DNA from: an uncultured Glaciecola sp.
GTDB lineage: Bacteria > Pseudomonadota > Gammaproteobacteria > Enterobacterales > Alteromonadaceae
Reading direction: 5' to 3'
Assembly: GCA_943846745.1 (NCBI GenBank)
Contig: OX044360.1
Coordinates: 1,225,650-1,289,649 of the forward strand
DNA: 64,000 bases
Positions 31,591 through 41,172 of this stretch are shown here, in pieces; position 1 is the stretch's first letter, and each line of letters begins with the position of its first letter. The notes beneath the pieces are model-generated. The model saw only the letters and a program-made list of their open reading frames with translations, ran no database searches and had not been told where the DNA came from. The position numbers were made by a program, and so were the translations under genes.

Positions 31591-31890
31591 ATGAAGCTTT
31601 ATTTTTCTACCAAACAGATACCACAACTTCAAGCTATGCCGCTGACCCAGCGGATAAAATTGCTAGAAACAGCCACCACGCAATTAACCATACCAGAAAA
31701 AACGCTACTTAATATTTTAAAATTATGTGTTATCGCGCCTTTTTTCATTCTATTATTACGAGTAGTTAATGATTGGACGTCGCTGTTATGGGCCTGTCTC
31801 ATTTTATTACTCTATCCGTTGGTTGTGAGGCCGATACAATTTTCACTGAGTGCAAAATACTTACCTGGCGTTAACCCATCGCAAGATTAA
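31591..31890 (+). CDS. small hypothetical membrane protein
   Basis: 99 aa counted from ATG at 31591 (MKLYFSTKQIP), with two hydrophobic helices. The ORF-track start at 31459 lies inside the upstream terminator and is unlikely. Confidence 0.45.
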   Translation: MKLYFSTKQIPQLQAMPLTQRIKLLETATTQLTIPEKTLLNILKLCVIAPFFILLLRVVNDWTSLLWACLILLLYPLVVRPIQFSLSAKYLPGVNPSQD

Positions 31891-31910
31891 ATTAAGATTA
31901 AGGAAAATCA

Positions 31911-32930
31911 ATGTCTACTATTTTAGTAACTGGCGGAGCTGGCTATATTGGCTCTCACACTGTTTTACAATTATTAGAGCAAGGCGATACGGTTATCGTA
32001 CTAGATAATTTTTGTAACTCCTCAGCAGAATCAATTACTCGCGTACAACGACTAACTGACCGACAAGTGACATTAGTGCAAGGTGATATTCGCGATGCTA
32101 GTGCCCTACGTGATGTGTTTAGCCAATACAAGATTGATTCAGTTATTCATTTTGCCGGTTTAAAAGCGGTCGGTGAATCCGTTGCTCAGCCACTTAAGTA
32201 CTATGAAAACAACGTGTTTGGCTCAGTACAACTATGTAATGTTATGAGCGAGTTTGGTATCAAGAACATCGTATTTTCTTCTTCTGCTACGGTATACGGC
32301 GATCCAGTTGCCCTGCCGCTCCAAGAATCAATGCCAACAGGCACTCCCACTAATCCTTATGGCCAATCCAAATTAATGGTTGAACATGTTTTGCGTGATT
32401 TATACACGTCAGATAATGAATGGAATATCGCGATTTTGCGTTATTTTAATCCTGTAGGCGCCCACAAATCAGGTGACATTGGTGAAGATCCAAATGGGTT
32501 ACCCAACAATTTAATGCCGTTTATTAGCCAAACAGCAACGGGGAAACGTGATTGTTTAGCCGTATTTGGCAATGATTATGACACCCACGACGGCACTGGC
32601 GTCCGCGATTATATTCATGTCGTTGACTTAGCAGATGGACACTTAAAAGCGCTAAATGCACTCACTCAAAAACCTGGTGTATTAACGGTTAATTTAGGTA
32701 CGGGTATCGGTTACAGTGTATTAGATATGGTTAAGGCATTTGAAGCTGCAAGTGGCGTAAATGTGCCGTACAAAATTGTGGCACGACGACCAGGTGATGT
32801 AGCGGCGTGTTATGCCGATCCTAGTCATGCTAAAGCAGTATTAGGTTGGGAAGCAAAGTTAGATTTACAAGCTATGTGTGATGATACATGGCGCTGGCAA
32901 TCTGCGAACCCCAACGGCTATCAAGGCTAA
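31911..32930 (+). CDS. galE: UDP-glucose 4-epimerase
   Basis: ILVTGGAGYIGSH and the YGQSK catalytic motif, 339 aa, colinear with E. coli GalE. Confidence 0.96.
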   Translation: MSTILVTGGAGYIGSHTVLQLLEQGDTVIVLDNFCNSSAESITRVQRLTDRQVTLVQGDIRDASALRDVFSQYKIDSVIHFAGLKAVGESVAQPLKYYENNVFGSVQLCNVMSEFGIKNIVFSSSATVYGDPVALPLQESMPTGTPTNPYGQSKLMVEHVLRDLYTSDNEWNIAILRYFNPVGAHKSGDIGEDPNGLPNNLMPFISQTATGKRDCLAVFGNDYDTHDGTGVRDYIHVVDLADGHLKALNALTQKPGVLTVNLGTGIGYSVLDMVKAFEAASGVNVPYKIVARRPGDVAACYADPSHAKAVLGWEAKLDLQAMCDDTWRWQSANPNGYQG

Positions 32931-32944
32931 ATCAATACGTGAAC

Positions 32945-32985
32945 AACCCAGCGACATCGCTTCGCTCTGATCACTGGGTTTTTTG
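32945..32985 (+). terminator. rho-independent terminator after galE
   Basis: AACCCAG ... CTGGGTT followed by TTTTT. Confidence 0.65.
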
Positions 32986-33018
32986 TGTCTTATTATTTAA
33001 CTTTCAGCTGTGAAGCAG

Positions 33019-33849
33019 TTATAAATCGTCTAGCAACCCTTCAAACTCTTCAAAATTTTCCATTTCTTCAGCTTGTTCCTCTGGTGTTTTTTCGACTTTA
33101 CCATTTTTAACTTTAAACTCTAAACGTTGAAAATAAGCCGTCTTAACAAACACATATGGATCTAGCGAACTGTTTAAGGTGCTATCCTGTGACAGTAGTC
33201 TTGCTCGGCCTTCTATCACCCCAACCACTGCACTAAAGAGGGTAAAGTTACTATTTAGTATATTCATCGGGAACATCATGTTATCTACCACATCTCCGGT
33301 AGTTGAACGAATATCAGTAGGACCTCGTGCTGGTATCATTAAATAGGGTCCAGTTTCTACGCCCCACACCCCTAATACTTCACCAAAGGATTCTTTTTCT
33401 TTATTTAGATCCATCGACGATGCAACATCAAATACGCCGACAACACCTACAGTAGTGTTAATCAAAAAACGTGCAAGACTAACCATCGAGCCATCAATTT
33501 CACCTTGTAATAAATTATTCAAAAAATTAGCCGGTTCAGCTAAGTTATTAGAAAAATTAACCAGACCGGTGCGCACAGGTTGTGGCATCACAGCGACGTA
33601 ACCTTGAGTGACGGGCTTGAGTAAGTATTTATCCAAGATATCATAGTTAAAGTCCCACATGGTGCGGTTAAAACCTTCAAATGGGTCGCGTGCATCGCCA
33701 ATATTCGCATCTTCAGAACTATCATGTTGAGGATCTGCCTGAATCATAGCCGCTGAGTTGGCTTGTGACTGTGCTTGTTGCTCAGATTTATTCGCCGCGC
33801 AACCGCTCGTCAATCCGACTAATAATACAACTAGTATTAGGTGCTTCAA
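33019..33849 (-). CDS. mlaA: phospholipid-trafficking outer-membrane lipoprotein MlaA (VacJ)
   Basis: Lipobox LTSGC. DPFEGFNRTMWDFNY and GPYLMIPARGPTDIRSTTGDVVD match the MlaA/VacJ family. TTG start at 33849 overlaps the ccmI stop (TTGA). Confidence 0.9.
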   Translation of the reverse strand: MKHLILVVLLVGLTSGCAANKSEQQAQSQANSAAMIQADPQHDSSEDANIGDARDPFEGFNRTMWDFNYDILDKYLLKPVTQGYVAVMPQPVRTGLVNFSNNLAEPANFLNNLLQGEIDGSMVSLARFLINTTVGVVGVFDVASSMDLNKEKESFGEVLGVWGVETGPYLMIPARGPTDIRSTTGDVVDNMMFPMNILNSNFTLFSAVVGVIEGRARLLSQDSTLNSSLDPYVFVKTAYFQRLEFKVKNGKVEKTPEEQAEEMENFEEFEGLLDDL

Positions 33850-35105
33850 TTCTTTATTTCCTTGTTAATAATAATGGATACTGGGATAACGGCATCAGCT
33901 ACCTTAGTTAAGGTAATACTGCCTTCCAATTCACCAACACTTGTTTGCACATTTTCATCGAACGATAAGCGTGCTGTTAATGTCACTTCAGTTAAATCAT
34001 TTAACGAATATGTCGCCATCATCGCATCGCTATTCGTTAACGTTACTGTGGTAGGTAATGCCCCTAAATTCAGTTTTTTAACCGCTGCAGGTAAAGGATT
34101 GTCACTCGCTCCGTCTTTTGCAAACACAAATAAATACGTCGGCTGTAAGCGATTGGATTGTGCTAAGCGGGTATTAATGTCTTTATCCGCACTGATAGTG
34201 ATACTAAACCCAGTCGCCAATTTTGATTGACCTTTGAGTTCATCTATCCGTGACTGAATTTGTACTATCGCAGGGTTATTAGGCGGTAATAACTCCTTAA
34301 TTTGCATAAAATACTGTTCGGATGTGGCTAAGTCGCCCAATTGCCCCGCTGTCATACTCAACATTAGTGCGGCTTGATTATTATCAGGCTCTAACACTAA
34401 TAAACGACGCAACACCACTACCGCTTTTTTTAAGAATTCAACTTGATTAGGCATCATTAATGCTTGGGCGTAACTGCTTAAGGTTTCCGCATTGTTTGGT
34501 GCTATCAATAACGATTTATCAAACGCTTGATAGGCTTGTTCAAATTGATTTAATGCCCCATACAAACGCCCTAATAACATCCAACCCGTTGCATCTTCAG
34601 CATTATGTGCAATACGAGAACGAATCGCTAACGTAAACGATTGCACGTCTTCTAACGTGACATCTTCGGAAGGATTAACAATGATCTTGTCCGTTAAGCG
34701 CTGCATATCTGCTTGAGCTTGATACAAACCGCTAACTCCAGATACTTGATTAACGTGCCAATACATAACGCCTGAAGCAAGTAACAACACAACTAGGAGT
34801 GCACTGGCGATTTTACTAGTGTGACTGTTATTAACCGAATCTACAACAATAGTATCTGACTCAGGGCGAGTTTCATCTAGCAATGCAATTTTTAAATCTT
34901 TTTGTGCTTGAGTGCGATGCTTATCAGAGATAATCCCTTGTGCAAATTCCTCATCCAGTTCAACTAAACGTTGTTTGATTAAGCGGGTGTTTGATAAGGT
35001 AAAGGCTTGCGTATGAGCTGCATAATTACGTTTAAAAACCGGATAAAAAATAAAGCCTAACGCCAACATCGCCAACCCAACAGCAAGTATATAAAAGGTA
35101 ATCAT
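33846..35105 (-). CDS. ccmI: c-type cytochrome biogenesis protein CcmI (TPR)
   Basis: N-terminal TM helices followed by TPR-like repeats. Position after ccmH corresponds to the C-terminal half of E. coli CcmH. Confidence 0.8.
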   Translation of the reverse strand: MITFYILAVGLAMLALGFIFYPVFKRNYAAHTQAFTLSNTRLIKQRLVELDEEFAQGIISDKHRTQAQKDLKIALLDETRPESDTIVVDSVNNSHTSKIASALLVVLLLASGVMYWHVNQVSGVSGLYQAQADMQRLTDKIIVNPSEDVTLEDVQSFTLAIRSRIAHNAEDATGWMLLGRLYGALNQFEQAYQAFDKSLLIAPNNAETLSSYAQALMMPNQVEFLKKAVVVLRRLLVLEPDNNQAALMLSMTAGQLGDLATSEQYFMQIKELLPPNNPAIVQIQSRIDELKGQSKLATGFSITISADKDINTRLAQSNRLQPTYLFVFAKDGASDNPLPAAVKKLNLGALPTTVTLTNSDAMMATYSLNDLTEVTLTARLSFDENVQTSVGELEGSITLTKVADAVIPVSIIINKEIKN

Positions 35106-35590
35106 TTATCTTTCTCCAGCATTTCATCAGCTTTGGCGAGTAAATCAGCTTCAACTTGCTCATCAGTGTGGCTTATTTCAGGACGACGTTTAAATAATAT
35201 CCAACCGCCAATAAGCAGTACCGAAAACGGTAAAATCCACAACCAAATTGTCGAGTTATTAACTGGAGGTTGATAATAAACAAAATCGCCATAGCGCTGT
35301 TTCATAAAATCAATGACTTGGTCATGATCATTACCCTGAGATAGCAACTGATACACTTTGCGGCGCATATCATGAGCTATCATGGCATCTGAATCGGCAA
35401 TATTTTGATTTTGACACATTGGGCAGCGTAGCTCTTTGGTCAGGCGTTTAAAATCTTGACGTTGTTGTTCTGAAGCAAATGCATAGTTTTCTTGAGTTGC
35501 CTGCACATCGTGACTGAACAATAATCCAGATAATGTCAATAAGCTCCACATGCTTACTATAATAAATAATGAACGAGTGAGATGATTCAC
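35102..35590 (-). CDS. ccmH: cytochrome c-type biogenesis protein CcmH
   Basis: LRCPMCQNQNIADSDA (CXXC) motif, 162 aa. 4-nt overlaps with both neighbours. Confidence 0.92.
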   Translation of the reverse strand: MNHLTRSLFIIVSMWSLLTLSGLLFSHDVQATQENYAFASEQQRQDFKRLTKELRCPMCQNQNIADSDAMIAHDMRRKVYQLLSQGNDHDQVIDFMKQRYGDFVYYQPPVNNSTIWLWILPFSVLLIGGWILFKRRPEISHTDEQVEADLLAKADEMLEKDK

Positions 35591-36198
35591 GGTTGCCCCT
35601 CAGTTTGTCTCGGTGTGAATTGCAACGACTGTTGCGCCATCAATTCGTTGTATAAAGGGGCAAATTTACTGTCCCACACACGCGGGTTTAGATCGCCAAT
35701 GTGATGTACTCGGATTACCCCTTGTTGGTCAATTAACAACGTTTCAGGCGCTCCGGTAACCCCTAAATCCAAAGAGGTATCGCGGTATACATCAAAAATA
35801 TTAAATGCAAACGGGTTACCTAATTGATTCGTGGTTTCAATGACTTCTTGTTGTACGCGCGCCAGCGTTTTAGTACCAAAGTCAGGATCCAGATCTTGAT
35901 CATAATACAATCCAACAAAGCGAACACCTTGTTGACTTAACTCTGTTAAATAAGGTAGCTCGACCGCGCAAGTTACACACCACACGCCCCAAATATTTAA
36001 TAAGGTAACCTGGTCCGTAAAAACATCATTAGTGTAAATCACACTCGGCTCCATCAAATCAGGCAAACTAAACGTCGGCATAGGCTTAGCTAGTGCCTGA
36101 GACTCTCGTTCACGCGGATCAGAAAACAACCCTTGATACAAAAAGAACACTAATGCGGTAAATGCGACTAATGGCACAACAAAACGCGTATTTATCAT
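35587..36198 (-). CDS. ccmG: thiol:disulfide interchange protein DsbE/CcmG
   Basis: Thioredoxin-fold WCVTC active site and GVTGAPETLLID. Confidence 0.92.
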   Translation of the reverse strand: MINTRFVVPLVAFTALVFFLYQGLFSDPRERESQALAKPMPTFSLPDLMEPSVIYTNDVFTDQVTLLNIWGVWCVTCAVELPYLTELSQQGVRFVGLYYDQDLDPDFGTKTLARVQQEVIETTNQLGNPFAFNIFDVYRDTSLDLGVTGAPETLLIDQQGVIRVHHIGDLNPRVWDSKFAPLYNELMAQQSLQFTPRQTEGQP

Positions 36199-38165
36199 GC
36201 GGTTTGGATCCCTAATTTAGCGAGTTTTTTCATTCTATAACGCTTGTCGAACATAGAGCACACGCCACCTAATGCCATAATTCCGGCACCTAACCAGATC
36301 CATATCACAAATGGTTTGTAATATACTCTAACAGCCCACGCCCCATTGTCTAATGGTTCGCCCAAAGCAATGAACAAATCACGGATCAGTGTGGTATGAA
36401 TACCTGCTTCGGTCATCGACATACCTTTAACAGAGTAAAAACGTTTTTCCGGTTCTAAATGCACCACAAAATCGCCCTCTTGATACACATCAAAAATACC
36501 ACGATCAGCGGTGTAATTAGGCCCTTGTATAGCTTTTACTTCTGAAAATTTTATAGTGTATCCCGCAATTTCAACTTCATCACCGAAGTTCATCCGCACA
36601 TCACGCTCTAGTTCAAAATTACTCACTAACGTAATACCAATCAATGCGACAGCAAAACCGACATGCCCTAAGATCATGCCCCAGTGACTAGGTTTGAGTT
36701 TGCGTATTTTAGTGGCAATAGCGAATTCATCAGGCATCGCATCAACACGTTGCGCGACTTCTTGAATCGTTGAGACCAAAATCCATACGGCACAAATCAT
36801 CCCTAACGTCGCGACGTAGGTGGCGGTCGTAGCAAAGCTATTTACAATCAACAAGGCTGCACTTATACCAATACCTAAGGCAATTAAGATTTGATTAGTC
36901 AGCGCGCCTAGGGGTTGTTGCTTCCAGCGACTTAGCGGACCGATAGTCATAAATACGACAAACGGCACAATCAGCCACGTAAACATTTGATTAAAAAACG
37001 GCGCGCCAATTGAGATACTGCCAAGACCTAGTTCTTTGTGAACCAATGGAAACAAGGTGCCTAATAACACTACCACTGTAGCAGCACATAGCAGAACATT
37101 GTTACCCATCAACATGACTTCACGAGAGGCAAGCGAGTAATAAGAACGAGTTTTTAATTGTGGCGCACGCACAGCATACAGCACTAAGGAGCCACCGATC
37201 ACAATCACCAGTAACCCTAAAATAAAGAGTCCTCGTGAAGGATCGGACGCAAATGAATGGACTGAGACCAGTACCCCAGAGCGTACCAAAAATGTCCCTA
37301 ACAAACTCAAGGAGAATGCCGATATGGCCAACAATACTGTCCACGACTTAAAGACTTTTCGTTTTTCAGTGACCGCTAAGCTATGCATTAAAGCAGTACC
37401 GACTAGCCAAGGCATAAATGACGCATTTTCGACCGGATCCCAAAACCACCAGCCACCCCAACCAAGTTCGTAATAAGCCCACCAACTGCCTAATGCAATG
37501 CCAACAGTTAAAAATGCCCAAGCGGCAATTGTCCATGGACGAGACCAGCGAGCCCAAGTTGAATCTAATTGACCAGAGATCAGCGCCGCAATAGCAAAGG
37601 CAAATGCAACAGAGAAGCCAACATAGCCCATGTACAACATAGGCGGGTGAATAATCATGCCAAAATCTTGTAACAACGGATTAAGATCTGCGCCATCTAC
37701 TGGATAAAACGGTAATAAACTCTCAAATGGATTAGAGGTGAGCAGCATAAATAAATAAAAACCAATCGACACCATGCCCAGCACTGCCAGCACACGTGCG
37801 ACCATGACTTCAGGGATCCCTTTGCTAAATATAGCAACAGCGACTGTCCATACAGAAAATATCAATACCCACAATAAAAATGAGCCTTCATGCCCACCCC
37901 ACACTGCCGTTATTTTGTAGTACCAAGGCAATAAACTATTAGAGTGATTAGCCACATAAGAAACAGAAAAATCATCCGCTAAAAAGCGATTAGTCAGACA
38001 AATATAAGCAATCAATGTAAACGTAAACAAGCCAATGGCTAACGGTTTAGCAGAGGAAATCATCATTTTATGGTTAGTTTGCGCCCCCCACATTGGATAA
38101 ATCGCTAACAACACCGATAGCAGTAGAGCAATGACAATAGAAAAGTTACCAATTTCAGCGATCAT
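36195..38165 (-). CDS. ccmF: cytochrome c heme lyase subunit CcmF
   Basis: 656-aa polytopic protein with the WGGWWFWDPVENASFMPW tryptophan-rich motif. Confidence 0.96.
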   Translation of the reverse strand: MIAEIGNFSIVIALLLSVLLAIYPMWGAQTNHKMMISSAKPLAIGLFTFTLIAYICLTNRFLADDFSVSYVANHSNSLLPWYYKITAVWGGHEGSFLLWVLIFSVWTVAVAIFSKGIPEVMVARVLAVLGMVSIGFYLFMLLTSNPFESLLPFYPVDGADLNPLLQDFGMIIHPPMLYMGYVGFSVAFAFAIAALISGQLDSTWARWSRPWTIAAWAFLTVGIALGSWWAYYELGWGGWWFWDPVENASFMPWLVGTALMHSLAVTEKRKVFKSWTVLLAISAFSLSLLGTFLVRSGVLVSVHSFASDPSRGLFILGLLVIVIGGSLVLYAVRAPQLKTRSYYSLASREVMLMGNNVLLCAATVVVLLGTLFPLVHKELGLGSISIGAPFFNQMFTWLIVPFVVFMTIGPLSRWKQQPLGALTNQILIALGIGISAALLIVNSFATTATYVATLGMICAVWILVSTIQEVAQRVDAMPDEFAIATKIRKLKPSHWGMILGHVGFAVALIGITLVSNFELERDVRMNFGDEVEIAGYTIKFSEVKAIQGPNYTADRGIFDVYQEGDFVVHLEPEKRFYSVKGMSMTEAGIHTTLIRDLFIALGEPLDNGAWAVRVYYKPFVIWIWLGAGIMALGGVCSMFDKRYRMKKLAKLGIQTA

Positions 38166-38198
38166 GATAATAAGGTCTCAATACAATTCAAAAGTTAA

Positions 38199-38690
38199 TT
38201 AATAGCTAGGCGCAGCCTTCGTGATCGCAGCATCCGCTGGTTTGACATGCTTAATGCCTTTTAATTTCTCAGCCAATTCAGGCGGCATGTATTCTTCATC
38301 ATGCTTTGCTAAGACCTCTTCGGCCACAATCAAATTACCTTCTTGCAACACACCCGTCGCCACTATTCCCTGACCTTCACGAAATAAGTCAGGTAAAATC
38401 CCCGTGTACGACACCGTCACAATAGGACCTATATCCACTAAATCGAATTCAACGGCTAAGGTTTCTTGATTACGTTGGACTGACCCTTCGACGACCATAC
38501 CACCAATACGCAGACGTTGGCCGACTTGTGGTTTAACCGCGGCTTTACCTTTCCCGTCAATGATTTCACTTGGGGTATAAAACAAATCTATATTGTCGTT
38601 TAGGGCAAACAACATCAAAGAAATTGCGCCTGCTACCATTCCACCAATCACCCCGACGGTGATCAAACGCTGTTTACGTCTAGGATTCAT
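38199..38690 (-). CDS. ccmE: heme chaperone CcmE
   Basis: [13 protein letters not shown] and [11 protein letters not shown] (heme-binding His region), 163 aa. Confidence 0.95.
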   Translation of the reverse strand: MNPRRKQRLITVGVIGGMVAGAISLMLFALNDNIDLFYTPSEIIDGKGKAAVKPQVGQRLRIGGMVVEGSVQRNQETLAVEFDLVDIGPIVTVSYTGILPDLFREGQGIVATGVLQEGNLIVAEEVLAKHDEEYMPPELAEKLKGIKHVKPADAAITKAAPSY

Positions 38691-38890
38691 GCTTTTGATT
38701 GCTCCTTAGCTTGTTGGATCCGTGCTTTACGTGCAGCTTGTGCACGGACTTCAGTAATTAATTTACGCTTGTCGAGTTTGATATAAATAATAAAAGCGAC
38801 GACAACTAACAGCGATACTCCATATGACAACCATACAAAAAAACCGTATCCGCCCATCTCTAAAAATGCTGAAAACGAATCAAAATGCAT
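38687..38890 (-). CDS. ccmD: heme exporter protein CcmD
   Basis: 67 aa counted from ATG at 38890 ([24 protein letters not shown]), with a TAATG overlap on the ccmC stop. The longer ORF-track version (to 39031) runs inside ccmC. Confidence 0.85.
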   Translation of the reverse strand: MHFDSFSAFLEMGGYGFFVWLSYGVSLLVVVAFIIYIKLDKRKLITEVRAQAARKARIQQAKEQSKA

Positions 38891-39636
38891 TAGCGGTTCT
38901 CCGTTTTTTGCAGTAATGCGATCACCCAAGGACGATGTAACTCTCGGCGCAAAATTTGATTTTTCAAATTCATCATGACCAAAGTACCGATTAAACCAAC
39001 CATACCAGCTATAGAAATTAATAACGGCCATAACATTGATGGTGCAATCGAAGGTTTACCAAATTTGGTGATAGTCGCACCTTGATGTAGGGTATTCCAC
39101 CACTCCACCGAATAATGAATAATCGGAATATTAATGACGCCAACCAAAGCCATGATCGCAGCCGATTTACCGGCTTGAGTTTTGTCACTAAACGCGCCAT
39201 ATAAAGCCAATACGCCCAAATATAAGAAAAACAAAATAAGCTGAGCCGTTAAGCGGGCATCCCATATCCACCAGGTTCCCCACATAGGTTTACCCCATGC
39301 AGCACCCGTAAATAGAGAGATAAAAGTTAAAATCGCGCCTACCGGTGCAATCGCAATCATGCTCATGTAGGCGGTTTTCCATTGCCACACTAGCCCTACA
39401 AATCCAGCGATAGCCATTGCCACATAAGTACTCATAGACAAAATCGCTGACGGTACATGGATGTAAATAATTCGAAAAGAGTCACCCTGTTGATAATCGG
39501 ACGGCGCGAACGCTAACCCCCAAATAAATCCAACAAGTAAGCCCACCACCGCAGTGACGAAAAAATAAGGTAGTAACGTGTTGCATAACGCATAAGCACG
39601 TTCTGTTTTAGCGTAAGGATGTAACCAATTAAACAT
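38890..39636 (-). CDS. ccmC: heme exporter protein CcmC
   Basis: WGKPMWGTWWIWDARLT tryptophan-rich motif, 248 aa. Confidence 0.95.
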   Translation of the reverse strand: MFNWLHPYAKTERAYALCNTLLPYFFVTAVVGLLVGFIWGLAFAPSDYQQGDSFRIIYIHVPSAILSMSTYVAMAIAGFVGLVWQWKTAYMSMIAIAPVGAILTFISLFTGAAWGKPMWGTWWIWDARLTAQLILFFLYLGVLALYGAFSDKTQAGKSAAIMALVGVINIPIIHYSVEWWNTLHQGATITKFGKPSIAPSMLWPLLISIAGMVGLIGTLVMMNLKNQILRRELHRPWVIALLQKTENR

Positions 39637-40310
39637 TAATGATGACTCACTCTGATAGCGTAACTAATTGCAAAAGGGGTAATAGCAACCGCAAAACATA
39701 GCATTGCGCCGATAATAGCAAGTTGTGGGGCATAGTTTAATCCCATCGCTGCGCTATCAACAGCAGATGTAGCAAATATCAGTAAAGGAATAAATACAGG
39801 TATCAATAACAACGATAATAACACCCCACCTCGTTGCAACCCAACCGTTAATGCAACAGCAATCGCGCCAATTAAGGATAATAACGGTGTACCTAGCGCT
39901 AACGTCTGAATTAACGCCCAGTACATGGCTGGCGTTAAATTTAAAAACAAAGCTAATAACGGCGAGATCAGCAACAAGGGTAAAAACGAACCACACCAAT
40001 GCACAAATACTTTGGCAAACATGGCCCATGATAATGACACATGCGCTAATTGCAGTTGTTCTAAACTGCCGTCATTAAAGTCATCACGAAACAGCTTATC
40101 CATGCCGAGTAATGCAGATAATATTGCCGCAACCCAAATCACACCTGGGCCCACTTTTTGTAACGTTTCAGGACCTGGACCTATGCCCAAAGGAAATAAC
40201 GTAATAACCATGACAAAAAATAACAGCGGCTGCAATAGTTCTGATTTTTGCCGATAAGCGAGGACTAAATCGCGCTTGATGATACTCGTTAATGGGTTAA
40301 CCGATTTCAT
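39636..40310 (-). CDS. ccmB: heme exporter permease CcmB
   Basis: 224-aa six-TM protein in the ccmA-ccmB-ccmC position, with the FRDDFNDGSLEQL motif. Confidence 0.93.
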   Translation of the reverse strand: MKSVNPLTSIIKRDLVLAYRQKSELLQPLLFFVMVITLFPLGIGPGPETLQKVGPGVIWVAAILSALLGMDKLFRDDFNDGSLEQLQLAHVSLSWAMFAKVFVHWCGSFLPLLLISPLLALFLNLTPAMYWALIQTLALGTPLLSLIGAIAVALTVGLQRGGVLLSLLLIPVFIPLLIFATSAVDSAAMGLNYAPQLAIIGAMLCFAVAITPFAISYAIRVSHH

Positions 40311-40987
40311 AAACGATACTCTAAAGCAACCGTCTTAACCGGTAAGCGACTTTGTAATGCTTGATGTGACGTCATCAAGACAGCTCCACCTTGAGACACA
40401 AAATCATCTACTAACCCTTGGATGAATGTCACACCGGCAATATCCAAAGAGGTAAAAGGTTCATCTAAGATCCACACATTAGCACGTAATAACTGAGTCC
40501 GAGCCAATGACACGCGTCGTTGTTGTCCAGCGGATAATTGCCCACTAGGCACATCCTCAAGTCCGACTAAATTAAAGCGCGCTAATAACGCATATAACTG
40601 TTCTTGACTGGTAGCGATACCATGTATACTCGCCCAATAAGCAAGGTTTTCCACACTCGATAAGTATTTATTTAGGCCTAATTTATGCCCTAAATATAAC
40701 AGTGGATAATCGACAGTATTCGGTTGCTGATCGGCTGCATGAAGTGTGTTGGTGACAGTCACAACACCACAATCGGGCTCAGACAACCCCACCAATAGTC
40801 GCAACAAACTGGTTTTACCGGCACCATTTGGACCAGTTAAGTGAAACAGCTCACCCGCATAAACTTGCAATGAAAAAGACTCAAATAAGGTACGGTCTTG
40901 CTTGATGCAAGATAGATCTTCGGCTTTAAGCCGCAATATATCCCTGTAATCATTAGTTACACACGCTGTCCTAGTCTCACCAATCAC
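40307..40987 (-). CDS. ccmA: heme ABC exporter ATPase CcmA
   Basis: Walker A GPNGAGKTSLLR, signature LSAGQQRRVSLAR and Walker B WILDEP. The N-terminus is about 17 aa longer than in E. coli, so the start is uncertain. Confidence 0.93.
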   Translation of the reverse strand: MIGETRTACVTNDYRDILRLKAEDLSCIKQDRTLFESFSLQVYAGELFHLTGPNGAGKTSLLRLLVGLSEPDCGVVTVTNTLHAADQQPNTVDYPLLYLGHKLGLNKYLSSVENLAYWASIHGIATSQEQLYALLARFNLVGLEDVPSGQLSAGQQRRVSLARTQLLRANVWILDEPFTSLDIAGVTFIQGLVDDFVSQGGAVLMTSHQALQSRLPVKTVALEYRL

Positions 40988-41172
40988 TGTCTTTTTCCAC
41001 TAATTTAAACCTGTTTATCATACCATAATCAAAGACTTAAGCAGTATTTTTTCCCTAACATTTAGTAGTAGTTTTGTGCTGCTATTGGACTAGATTATTG
41101 TTTCATCGTTTTTCGTCCATAAACCTTAACATATCCCTATACAGAGTTATTCTTTTGCGCCGATAACACAAT

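Noticed and set aside
38891-39031. N-terminal 47-codon extension of the ccmD ORF (track entry 38687-39031).
   Set aside because: The extension lies inside ccmC in another frame. CcmD proteins are about 65-70 aa, and ATG at 38890 gives the canonical single-TM protein with a TAATG coupling to ccmC.
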